Assembly (NCBI GenBank): GCA_024704765.1
Contig: JAKMXF010000303.1
Location: forward strand, 251,266 to 315,265
Source of the DNA: Oopsacas minuta
Taxonomy: Eukaryota; Animalia; Porifera
Direction of reading: 5' to 3'
DNA length: 64,000 bases
A program made the position numbers and the translations under genes. The notes below the pieces were generated by a model. The model was not told the DNA's origin. It searched no databases and worked only from the letters and a program-made list of their open reading frames with translations. Below are positions 24,301 to 34,745 of the stretch, piece by piece. Numbering within the stretch: position 1 is the stretch's first letter; the number at the start of each line of letters is the position of its first letter.

Positions 24301-27300
24301 GTAGAAGAACTACTGTCATTGTTTAATTGTGAAAATCCAACATTATCCTGAGCTATATCTGCAACTCTCCTCCAATTAGTACACACTAGAAGTATATTGT
24401 ATAATATAGCCTGTAAGAATACAGCTGATCCCATTCCTATAAAATAACCTTTAGTAGCCATCTTCAAACCAACAGACAAGCAAATAGCAAGAGGAGTAGC
24501 GAAAAATTGATAGATTAACAGATTCGTAATAGATGCAATTCCCTGACGACCACATCCCTTCAATATTCCACTCGCCATTAACTGGAACCCATCAGCATTT
24601 TCGAATATACCAATAACAACTAGAGTCTGAGAAGCCCCCGCTATAATACAGGCATCTTTAGTGAATAGGTGAGGCAAGTGATATCTGAGTAGCAGTACTC
24701 CAGCTGAGAAGTGTAGTCCAATCACAAATATTATAGATAGACATAAATACGCTACCCTACGAGCTAACTTAGGATTATTGGCTCCTAATAGATTACCAAC
24801 ACGAACAGTGGCAGCTACTGTATAACCGATAGGGATTGAATACAACTGGTCACTTATCTTAAACATAATCGAATATATACCAATTTCAACCTTGGGATAA
24901 GCACTAGTTGCTCCTACAACTAAATATCCAATTTCAAAAGCCCACCATTCAAAGCATATCATTATTAATCCAGGTACTCCATACTTACAGTAATGTAACC
25001 AGCCTTTTAACGCGTCACAGCTCCAACCTGGCCACGACGTGTGATAGAGAGAAGAAAACCGAATATATAGTAAGTATAGAATTGCAAGAGACCAGTAAGA
25101 TAAGGACAGAGCCATCGCCGACCCCTCCACACCAAGTCCCAGATGCACTACGAATAGATAATGACAACCAATATTAACTACATTACCTATTGCTGTTAAG
25201 AATATGGTAGGATTAACTACATTCTGTGTTTGTAGAAACTTAGTGGAGAGAATGTATATAATTACAGCTGGCTTAGCAACGCATAGGATCCTCAGGTATT
25301 TACCAGCTATAGCAGCTACTTCTACATCTTGATGTAGCAGGATCAGAAGTGATTCTGTATTCAACCACATGGCCCAAATAGGAAAACAAACAAGTAAACA
25401 AAGTATGCTAGCACGCTGGAAATACACACCCACAATACGGTAGTTCTTACCTCCGTAAGCTTGTGAACACAGAGTATCCATGCCAGAACTAAGTCCAACT
25501 ACAATAGAAGTACCTGTAACGTTAGCGAATGATAGAGCTAGTGCAGTACCGTCAAGGTACACACCTCTTCCAATATGACCTGTGAATATCAAACATATTA
25601 CTGATAACATTGTGGTACTGAATGAAGATAGAACACTAGGCCAAGCTAGTTTGTTAATGATAATACATTCATGGATTATCCAGAATGATAGTAACTTTCT
25701 ATACCATTTTGTAGATGGAAGATTTTGATACTTCTCTGACTCATGCATATTGTAATGTAGTAAATATAATAATAGAGGAATTTTGTGTGTGTATATAAGA
25801 ATCCATCAACTTAGGTCACAAGTAATGGATAATACAACTGTCTTATACAGAGAGTATGTCAAGAGGCATATCGTCACAATGTTCATGTATTATTTATTTA
25901 TACGTAATCTGGACAAGTGGAAAAATGAAGTTTAAAAATATTTAACTATGTTCCTTATGATTCAATACCAAGTATATAGTTACTACGAAAGAATTGCTAC
26001 TCAGTATCTGATAGTTTGTACAGGAAAATAGGGAGAACTAAGAACAGTCCGCTAATAGTGGATAACTGAATACAAACACTTTTTATTTACATCCTCTATG
26101 TCAGTGATTCTCAACTGGACTCAACCGGTGTACCCCAAAAACTAACTTGCACAGATTATCTTTGTTTAAAATGCTTTCAGTGGCTTTTATCCTAGCTCTC
26201 TGAGTATAAAATGGGAAGTATCAAAAGGAACTACCCTTCACATCAATATTTACACTTACGATATAACTCACCTAAAACCTTGATTATTTCCTGTCTACAC
26301 TCTTCCTGTAACTGAGGATATCTCCCAAAGTTATAAATAGCCCATCCCATAGAGCTAGAAGTAGTATCATGACCAGCAAAAATAAACACATTAACTTCTG
26401 ACTGTATTTCTTCATCAGTGAGATAGCTGCCATCTGCTTTGGGAGTCATTAACAAAATTGTACAAAAATCCTTCATATTCAATGAATCATTCTCCTTAAT
26501 CTCTTTACGACGTTCATTCAGAAAATCTAGATTAGCCTTACGTACGTATTCCTGTGCCTCGAATAGTTTTTTATAGTGTGAAGATAGTTTGTATATAAAA
26601 TTAAATCTGTACAGTGGGTTTTTAATACGTACTTCAATTGCTGAATTTGTGAAATTATGCGCTTTTTCATACTCTTGTAATGAGAATCCCTCTCTCTTCT
26701 GGATGGAAGACTTCATAGAGAAAGCGGATTGTAAAAAGGCGTCGAGTGCGAGAATATCTAGATCAGGAGAACAGTTGAAGTACTCAGATGCTGTACAATG
26801 CTCCTCCCATTTACTTAACATCATTCTAGCAGTTCTATTGAATTGCTCAACATAGATATTGAGCATATCAAAATGGAACACAGGAGTTAGCATTTTTCTC
26901 CTCTCTTTCCAGTCTGATCCATCAAGTAATAACAAGTTATTCCTCGAAAACTGTGTAATCAATTGAGTTCCTCCACCCTTCTCCGATTTCATTTCGAGAA
27001 TTAGTTGTTTAATAGTTTCAGGGTGACTAAGTTGAATTTGAATAACCCATGGAGCAAATACATAACGACAGAGTTTGGGAAATTTCGCAGCCCACTTCCT
27101 CTTAAAAAGAAAACCTTTAGAAACAGGTCGCATATCTCTCAAATGTCCGTAGAACCAATGGGATATGGGAGGACCTGGAAGAGCCCTCACAATCTGGATT
27201 CGTCTCCAGTAAGGAATCACTACCATAACCAAGTAGAGACATAAAGAAATCAAGAAGATGAATGGTAAAGAGCTCCATATGAAATAGGATAAGTGATATA

Positions 27301-27316
27301 TCAGAGCTATCAGCAT
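21329..27316 (-). CDS. Cytochrome P450, CYP4 clan; two exons separated by a 4,476-bp intron
   Basis: Exon 1 (27316-26272) has the TM anchor, PGPP and I-helix FIFAGHDTTSS and ends VLG/gtgag. Exon 2 (21795-21329) starts after tatag and carries ExLR (IRETLR), PYRF and FSAGARNCIG. Both junctions are phase 1 and together give a full ~500-aa P450. Confidence 0.93.
22010..22180. mobile_element. Tc2/pogo-like MITE (same family as 4672-4871)
   Basis: CAGTATTTCCCTGAATAAGCACC..GGCTCCAA..TGTGAATA..CCCTCTAGAA shared with the 4672 copy; ends AAAACGG followed by TA. Confidence 0.7.
22380..22780 (+). mobile_element. Possible decayed 3' end of a CR1/L2-like LINE
   Basis: Stop-riddled frames give RNTAFL..EFNK and FQK..PDPP patterns reminiscent of LINE ORF2 C-termini, ending at AATAAA. 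Weak evidence. Confidence 0.3.
23141..23355 (+). pseudogene. piggyBac (PGBD) transposase fragment with a frameshift
   Basis: CHRKNIRDANYQYTRQLITSPPILKAYNY, frameshift near 23228, then MGGVDRHNRLVAPHAIPLTAKRDYLKVFFHILDSAMVNEWIL. This matches the piggyBac P..I..YN..MGGVD..D..K.W..F..LD.A..N motif. Confidence 0.85.
24051..25748 (-). CDS. MATE / SLC47-like multidrug and toxin extrusion transporter, intronless, nested in the CYP4 intron
   Basis: LAWPSVL, GLSSGMDTLCSQAYG, ICFEWWAFE, VRVGNLLGANNP, GILKGCGRQ; 12+1 predicted TM segments. Confidence 0.95.
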   Translation of the reverse strand: MHESEKYQNLPSTKWYRKLLSFWIIHECIIINKLAWPSVLSSFSTTMLSVICLIFTGHIGRGVYLDGTALALSFANVTGTSIVVGLSSGMDTLCSQAYGGKNYRIVGVYFQRASILCLLVCFPIWAMWLNTESLLILLHQDVEVAAIAGKYLRILCVAKPAVIIYILSTKFLQTQNVVNPTIFLTAIGNVVNIGCHYLFVVHLGLGVEGSAMALSLSYWSLAILYLLYIRFSSLYHTSWPGWSCDALKGWLHYCKYGVPGLIMICFEWWAFEIGYLVVGATSAYPKVEIGIYSIMFKISDQLYSIPIGYTVAATVRVGNLLGANNPKLARRVAYLCLSIIFVIGLHFSAGVLLLRYHLPHLFTKDACIIAGASQTLVVIGIFENADGFQLMASGILKGCGRQGIASITNLLIYQFFATPLAICLSVGLKMATKGYFIGMGSAVFLQAILYNILLVCTNWRRVADIAQDNVGFSQLNNDSSSSTNDLARSNNELNPFLTHNISKTSRSCMIGYQDIVKIVIIVVLIASFVVGLGFSFYRPPSSNVFITAPFNTSSSLNNTQITCPY

Positions 27317-27602
27317 TATAACTATGGAAATATTGCGGAATTACCTGAACACATCTAAAGAGATACAATCTATTAAAGTTTCATTATACTAAGTAAAAGA
27401 ATAATTCAACAGTAATGTAAAAACAAATGTAACCCAGTACTCGTAATTGCTTCTAGCACCGTAAAAAAAGAAAATTTATTAAAAATATCAGTTGAGAGAC
27501 CGGAGTGCAGCTTGAGATCTCTTCCAACCCTGGCACTCAAATACACTGACTAGATTTTGGAACCAAATAGAGTTAGTCATAGAATGCTATGATTTAATTT
27601 GC

Positions 27603-27701
27603 CAGTAGAGTCTCGTTAATACGAACACGGTAAGCGTAACTTCGGACAAGGAGTACAAATTTTGGCAGTCCTCTGGCGTACGCATTAACAAGACTCTACT
27701 G
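27603..27701. mobile_element. Internally deleted, inverted copy of the 17421 MITE family
   Basis: TIR CAGTAGAGTCTCGTTAAT / ATTAACAAGACTCTACTG, TA on the right side. Confidence 0.8.
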
Positions 27702-28227
27702 TAGTTTAATTCTGATGTATAGGTGTGAAATAAGAAGATAATCGTGAAAATTTTGCAATTGTGTACTATACCAAATGAAGATAGGACACTCAGCCACGCC
27801 AGGATTAACTAGATTCTGTGAAAATTCGGAAGGCTAGACTAAACAGAGTCAAGCTAACGAACAGATTAAAGTACCTCTCAACATCGTTCATGTGAATATA
27901 CCGTATTTCCCTGAATAAGCGCAGGGGTATTCCCAAAAACGAAATCAACGAAATAAGGTATTCTCAACTTTAGAAAATAATACACGTATACAGCAGAGAT
28001 ATAAAATGAGAAGAACTATTTAGAATAAATTTTAATTAGAGTAAAACTCCTCAAATCAAGTCACCCAGTCTGTAGGGCGGCCGACAATGACCGTATCACC
28101 AACAAATCATCATAATTAAGCAAATAAAACAAGAAATGGAATTCAATATTCTACCATCAAACATGCAAAAGGAATAAAATAAAGACAATATAATTCAGAT
28201 GAACAATAGTTACAATACAGAGATTAC

Positions 28228-29184
28228 TTAGACCTCTTGAGGAGCTCCCTCATATTCTAAGATTTTTGGCAACTTGTTCAAATTATTAACGTCATACATA
28301 GACAAGTCACATACAACCTCTTCTTTAGCTCGCTCCCGTTTGTAGAGAATATTAAAATGTCTCCTTCCTACTATGAAAATGAACAATACTAGAATAATTG
28401 TAGCGAATATTATCCCAATGATTACCAAAATAACAAGGATGACTAATAGCATAATCACCAGGACGTGTGAGTTCCCTCCCATGTTACAAGATGTTCCTGT
28501 CCCGGTACATCCGGTACATCCGGTACAGCCTCCACACCCACCTCCGTATAAAGGCGCCACTGGGTAGTAGTACCCCATGTGACAAGGATACCCGAACCAA
28601 CAGCAGTACAAACCTAAGAAAGGAACGTTTGGATCTCTACAACAGCTCGGAGCTTGACAGCACAGACAGAAGCTGCCTACGATAATACCAATAATACCGA
28701 GACTAGCAAAGAAGAATACTATACCAGCAAGATAGTACACACCCACTTGTGTAGCAACAGGCCACGATTCATATGGAAACAGATGCCAGATGTTCCTACC
28801 AGCTGCTATGTCAAGTCCATAGCTAATAGCAGACATCGCCACTATCAGGAGCTCTACTATGATAAGAAGAGTCAGAATGTCACGTGTCAATAGCATGCAG
28901 AGCTTCACACGTTTGGACACACGTGGCTCCTTCATACACAAGCGGTATTCGTAAGTACAGGTATTACAGTGTGTGAAACAAGTTAGGTTATAGTTAGTAG
29001 CACGCCAGTTATCGAGACATTTCCTGTGAACCCATTTAGAAGACCCTGTACACAAGCAAGGAGCAATAAGCCCTGCACCTCCATCGAAACAGATCCTGCA
29101 AATGTCTCCTTGATTTACATCCTCTTCTAAAGTGCTATAGTTACCTCCACGGACTTTGTAACAGCCACAACATCCTGTTGGCAT
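28228..29184 (-). CDS. RING-CH (RINGv) membrane E3 ligase of the plant/protist-type Cys-rich family
   Basis: CRICFD..LIAPCLCTGSSKWVHRKCLDNWR..CNTC, TRDIL, multiple TM segments, a Cys/Gly-rich loop and RRHFNILYKR. First ATG is at 29184; the ORF-track start is a TTG. Confidence 0.85.
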   Translation of the reverse strand: MPTGCCGCYKVRGGNYSTLEEDVNQGDICRICFDGGAGLIAPCLCTGSSKWVHRKCLDNWRATNYNLTCFTHCNTCTYEYRLCMKEPRVSKRVKLCMLLTRDILTLLIIVELLIVAMSAISYGLDIAAGRNIWHLFPYESWPVATQVGVYYLAGIVFFFASLGIIGIIVGSFCLCCQAPSCCRDPNVPFLGLYCCWFGYPCHMGYYYPVAPLYGGGCGGCTGCTGCTGTGTSCNMGGNSHVLVIMLLVILVILVIIGIIFATIILVLFIFIVGRRHFNILYKRERAKEEVVCDLSMYDVNNLNKLPKILEYEGAPQEV

Positions 29185-29673
29185 TTCTCTAACTAAAAGA
29201 AATCTATAGTAGAGTAAGTTGAGTACTAAATCACTTCTAAACTTCAGTAAATTCGCAATAGGTGAAACAAATTTTGAGGATTCCGATAGTAACAAGTTTG
29301 TATGGTAGATTGTAAGTATTTCAATAAGGGTATGTCATAAACAAGTTGAAATCAGAATTCGTGTTCTTCCATATGCCAAAACAGGCCAACAATGAATGGG
29401 AAGAACTCATTGTCGTTTAACATCAAATTATTGAATTAAGTAAATTAGACACCAGCAGAGCAAAAGCAAAGAAGTGATTTTAATTAATAGAATAAATTAT
29501 TCGAATGTATAAACAGGTAAAATACTACAATAATATAAAATAGGAGTAAACATAACTAAACATGAATTCAAAAGAACTAAGAGGTGAGGTGCAGGAGTGT
29601 TGTAAGTGAGATGTCAGATTGATGGTAAGTAGTGCCAGTTAGTTGAAGAAAGCTCGTTTTCACACAGTTGAGA

Positions 29674-32203
29674 ATGTACCAGTCAGAGAAAAGGAAGGAA
29701 AACCGTTGGAATTAGGGAGGTCTACATTCTTTCCATGTTCCCCTACCCCTCAGGGGCTCTCCACATGGGGCATGTGCGTGTGTACACCATCAGTGACACA
29801 CTCGCACGCTATCACAGAGCCAGAGGTGAGAGTGTGCTACACCCGATGGGCTGGGATGCATTCGGTCTGCCAGCAGAGAACGCAGCCATCGAGAGAGGAC
29901 TGAGTCCAGTCGAGTGGACACAGACCAACATCAGTCAGATGCGTCAGCAACTGAATCAGCTGAACTTCCAGTTCGACTGGGAGAGGGAAGTGACCACGTG
30001 CAGACCCGACTACTACCGCTGGACACAGTGGCTGTTCACACAGCTGTATCGTCATGATCTGGCCTATCAGAGGGAAGCCTACGTGAACTGGGATCCTGTG
30101 GACGGGACAGTACTGGCCAATGAACAGGTGGATGCTGAGGGGAGGTCGTGGCGGTCCGGTGCAAGGGTAGAGCGTAGACGACTGAACCAGTGGTTCGTAC
30201 GTCTCACACACTACAGAGAAGCCCTCCTGAAGGGTCTAGCCGAGCTGGACTGGCCGGAGAAGGTGAAGCAGATGCAGCGGCACTGGATCGGTCGAGCTGA
30301 GGGGTATCTGATCAGTTTCCAGTTACAGGAAGGAGATGGCAGTGTGAGGGAGGGCGACAAGAGACAGGAGCCGTTGAGGGTATTCACTACCAGCCCAGAG
30401 AAGCTCTTGGACACCACCTTTCTGGGTGTGTCACGTGAACACGCGTTGAGTGAGGGGTATTCGCGTGATACACACCTGAAGCACACTTCCAGCAGTGAGG
30501 CAGACTGTGAGAGGGAGGGCATCAGGCAGGAGACGGTGAGAGGCGAACTGCTACCAGTTCGAGCTGTCCATCCTATTACTGGTGAGCTGCTACCTGTACT
30601 CAAGTTGGACCATGTGGTACAGGAGTATGGCACGGGTGTGGTGATGGGTGTACCGGCTCGCAACAAGAGAGATGCTCGTGTGGCAGAGCACTGGGGCTGT
30701 GCTGCTGTATCGGGAGTAGCTCTCTCTCCGGATGGTACTCGCGTACAGTCCGGTGACATGCTGGGGATGAGTGTGGAGGATGCACGGGGTGTTATCCTGT
30801 CTCAGAACTGGATTCAGGCTAGTGAGCAGTTCCGTCTACGTGACTGGCTCATCTCACGACAGCGCTACTGGGGCTGTCCTATCCCGATGGTACACTGTCC
30901 CACATGTGGGACCATCCCTGTGCCTGAACAGGAGCTGCCTGTCCTTCTACCGACTGACCTGCAGCTGACGGGTAGAGGCAGTTCCCCGCTACGCACCTGT
31001 CAACAGTTCACGTCTACTGTCTGTCCTCAGTGCGGCAGTCTACACGCACAGCGGGAGACAGACACCATGGATACGTTCATCGACTCTTCCTGGTACTATA
31101 TGCGCTATTGTGACCCTCAGAATGGATCAGCACTGTGTGGAGTAAAGGCAGCACGCCGCTGGCTACCAGTAGACACGTATATCGGCGGGATTGAGCATGC
31201 AGTTCTCCACTTGCTGTATGCACGCTTCGTGAGCCACTTCCTCTACGACTTGGGCGTGTCACCTGAACCGGAGCCTTTCAGGAAGCTGATCACCCAGGGC
31301 ATGGTGACCGGCAAGACATACCGGCTGATCGGCTCCCTGCGTTACATCCAGCCCGAGCAGGTGGAGACAGGAGCGGGAGGGGTGCTGGTAGAGAGGGGCT
31401 CACAGCAGAGGGTGGAGATGTTCTGGGAGAAGATGTCCAAGTCGAAGTACAACGGTGTGAATCCACAGGTTATGGTGGAGAAGTACGGCGCGGATGTAGT
31501 CAGGCTGTTCCTACTCTTTAAGTCACCCCCACATCTGGACCTACAGTGGGATGAGACGGCCATTGTGGGCATTGTACGCTGGAGGGCTAAACTGGAGGGA
31601 ATACTCGCTGAGCACGTCCGCCACTACCACGCCAGTCAGGATACACACAGGGAGACTGCACCTGCTGACGGGGAGGTGCTAGAGGGCCTGGAGTCACTCA
31701 CCCAGAGAGCAGTACATGTTTCTACACAGGCTATGACGCACATCTTCAACTTCAACTCCCTCATCGCCCAGCTCATGAAGCTCACCAACTATATACGCAA
31801 GCACAAGGATGTGCTGTCTGGCACACACGCATGCCAGCACAGTCTGAGGACGCTACTGGCGCTCTTACACCCCATGGCTCCACATATCTCCACTGATCTC
31901 TGGAGCCGACTGGAGAGGGATACATACTCGCCAACCATCCGTGCCATGTGTCGCGGTATCAAGGCAGACACTGCAGGCCAGGAGCACCAGGGAGCAGGCA
32001 AGCCTATCCCATTCTCTGTCCTGCTGGACAACCAGTGGGTGTGCACTATCTATATCCCCCTGGGTGTCACAGACTCAGAGGAGGGCATACGTCAGGCAGT
32101 ACTAGCACACCCGTGTGTACAGGCGGTATTGGGGGGTCAGCAGCCCTGCAGAATGGTCTCTCAGATCAATCAGAAAACTATTGTATTGATCACCAAAGAA
32201 TGA
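29674..32203 (+). pseudogene. LARS2: Mitochondrial leucyl-tRNA synthetase copy 2: 5'-truncated/frameshifted (ATG 29674 out of frame; open from 29735)
   Basis: HMGH and KMSKS motifs are present and the protein matches the minus copy from MFPYPSG to KTIVL. One extra A (GGAAAACC versus GGAAACC) at about 29699-29702 breaks the frame from the ATG equivalent to MYH of the other copy. Functional status is uncertain. Confidence 0.75.
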
Positions 32204-34745
32204 GTAGTAAGGAATTCATTCCTAGATTGAGGCTCTCACCTCAATCTAGGCTACTTACTACTCATTAAATAATACAATAGTTTTCTGATTGATCTGAGAG
32301 ACCATTCTGCAGGGCTGCTGACCCCCCAATACCGCCTGTACACACGGGTGTGCTAGTACTGCCTGACGTATGCCCTCCTCTGAGTCTGTGACACCCAGGG
32401 GGATATAGATAGTGCACACCCACTGGTTGTCCAGCAGGACAGAGAATGGGATAGGCTTGCCTGCTCCCTGGTGCTCCTGGCCTGCAGTGTCTGCCTTGAT
32501 ACCGCGACACATGGCACGGATGGTTGGCGAGTATGTATCCCTCTCCAGTCGGCTCCAGAGATCAGTGGAGATATGTGGAGCCATGGGGTGTAAGAGCGCC
32601 AGTAGCGTCCTCAGACTGTGCTGGCATGCGTGTGTGCCAGACAGCACATCCTTGTGCTTGCGTATATAGTTGGTGAGCTTCATGAGCTGGGCGATGAGGG
32701 AGTTGAAGTTGAAGATGTGCGTCATAGCCTGTGTAGAAACATGTACTGCTCTCTGGGTGAGTGACTCCAGGCCCTCTAGCACCTCCCCGTCAGCAGGTGC
32801 AGTCTCCCTGTGTGTATCCTGACTGGCGTGGTAGTGGCGGACGTGCTCAGCGAGTATTCCCTCCAGTTTAGCCCTCCAGCGTACAATGCCCACAATGGCC
32901 GTCTCATCCCACTGTAGGTCCAGATGTGGGGGTGACTTAAAGAGTAGGAACAGCCTGACTACATCCGCGCCGTACTTCTCCACCATAACCTGTGGATTCA
33001 CACCGTTGTACTTCGACTTGGACATCTTCTCCCAGAACATCTCCACCCTCTGCTGTGAGCCCCTCTCTACCAGCACCCCTCCCGCTCCTGTCTCCACCTG
33101 CTCGGGCTGGATGTAACGCAGGGAGCCGATCAGCCGGTATGTCTTGCCGGTCACCATGCCCTGGGTGATCAGCTTCCTGAAAGGCTCCGGTTCAGGTGAC
33201 ACGCCCAAGTCGTAGAGGAAGTGGCTCACGAAGCGTGCATACAGCAAGTGGAGAACTGCATGCTCAATCCCGCCGATATACGTGTCTACTGGTAGCCAGC
33301 GGCGTGCTGCCTTTACTCCACACAGTGCTGATCCATTCTGAGGGTCACAATAGCGCATATAGTACCAGGAAGAGTCGATGAACGTATCCATGGTGTCTGT
33401 CTCCCGCTGTGCGTGTAGACTGCCGCACTGAGGACAGACAGTAGACGTGAACTGTTGACAGGTGCGTAGCGGGGAACTGCCTCTACCCGTCAGCTGCAGG
33501 TCAGTCGGTAGAAGGACAGGCAGCTCCTGTTCAGGCACAGGGATGGTCCCACATGTGGGACAGTGTACCATCGGGATAGGACAGCCCCAGTAGCGCTGTC
33601 GTGAGATGAGCCAGTCACGTAGACGGAACTGCTCACTAGCCTGAATCCAGTTCTGAGACAGGATAACACCCCGTGCATCCTCCACACTCATCCCCAGCAT
33701 GTCACCGGACTGTACGCGAGTACCATCCGGAGAGAGAGCTACTCCCGATACAGCAGCACAGCCCCAGTGCTCTGCCACACGAGCATCTCTCTTGTTGCGA
33801 GCCGGTACACCCATCACCACACCCGTGCCATACTCCTGTACCACATGGTCCAACTTGAGTACAGGTAGCAGCTCACCAGTAATAGGATGGACAGCTCGAA
33901 CTGGTAGCAGTTCGCCTCTCACCGTCTCCTGCCTGATGCCCTCCCTCTCACAGTCTGCCTCACTGCTGGAAGTGTGCTTCAGGTGTGTATCACGCGAATA
34001 CCCCTCACTCAACGCGTGTTCACGTGACACACCCAGAAAGGTGGTGTCCAAGAGCTTCTCTGGGCTGGTAGTGAATACCCTCAACGGCTCCTGTCTCTTG
34101 TCGCCCTCCCTCACACTGCCATCTCCTTCCTGTAACTGGAAACTGATCAGATACCCCTCAGCTCGACCGATCCAGTGCCGCTGCATCTGCTTCACCTTCT
34201 CCGGCCAGTCCAGCTCGGCTAGACCCTTCAGGAGGGCTTCTCTGTAGTGTGTGAGACGTACGAACCACTGGTTCAGTCGTCTACGCTCTACCCTTGCACC
34301 GGACCGCCACGACCTCCCCTCAGCATCCACCTGTTCATTGGCCAGTACTGTCCCGTCCACAGGATCCCAGTTCACGTAGGCTTCCCTCTGATAGGCCAGA
34401 TCATGACGATACAGCTGTGTGAACAGCCACTGTGTCCAGCGGTAGTAGTCGGGTCTGCACGTGGTCACTTCCCTCTCCCAGTCGAACTGGAAGTTCAGCT
34501 GATTCAGTTGCTGACGCATCTGACTGATGTTGGTCTGTGTCCACTCGACTGGACTCAGTCCTCTCTCGATGGCTGCGTTCTCTGCTGGCAGACCGAATGC
34601 ATCCCAGCCCATCGGGTGTAGCACACTCTCACCTCTGGCTCTGTGATAGCGTGCGAGTGTGTCACTGATGGTGTACACACGCACATGCCCCATGTGGAGA
34701 GCCCCTGAGGGGTAGGGGAACATGGAAAGAATGTAGACCTCCCTA
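29713..34745. repeat. Giant inverted repeat: arms 29713-32187 and 32271-34745 (2,475 bp each), 83-bp quasi-palindromic spacer
   Basis: Mirror coordinates sum to 64458 at both ends, so there is no net indel. All mirrored ORFs in alternative frames translate identically, and spot-checked segments show no mismatch. Confidence 0.98.
32221..32250. other. Perfect 12-bp stem / 6-nt loop hairpin at the palindrome centre
   Basis: CCTAGATTGAGG-CTCTCA-CCTCAATCTAGG, flanked by a second 13-bp pair AATGAGTAGTAAG / CTTACTACTCATT. Confidence 0.95.

Noticed and set aside
29837-34621. Many 60-180 aa ORFs antisense to or overlapping the LARS2 copies
   Set aside because: Shadow ORFs of GC-rich coding sequence with no recognisable domains; used only as evidence of arm identity.
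29713-34745. Palindrome as a simple fold-back sequencing chimera
   Set aside because: A chimera would give exact symmetry to a turn point and unrelated or identical flanks. Here the shoulders are homologous but diverged and the centre has asymmetric bulges with different stop codons. Not fully excluded without reads.
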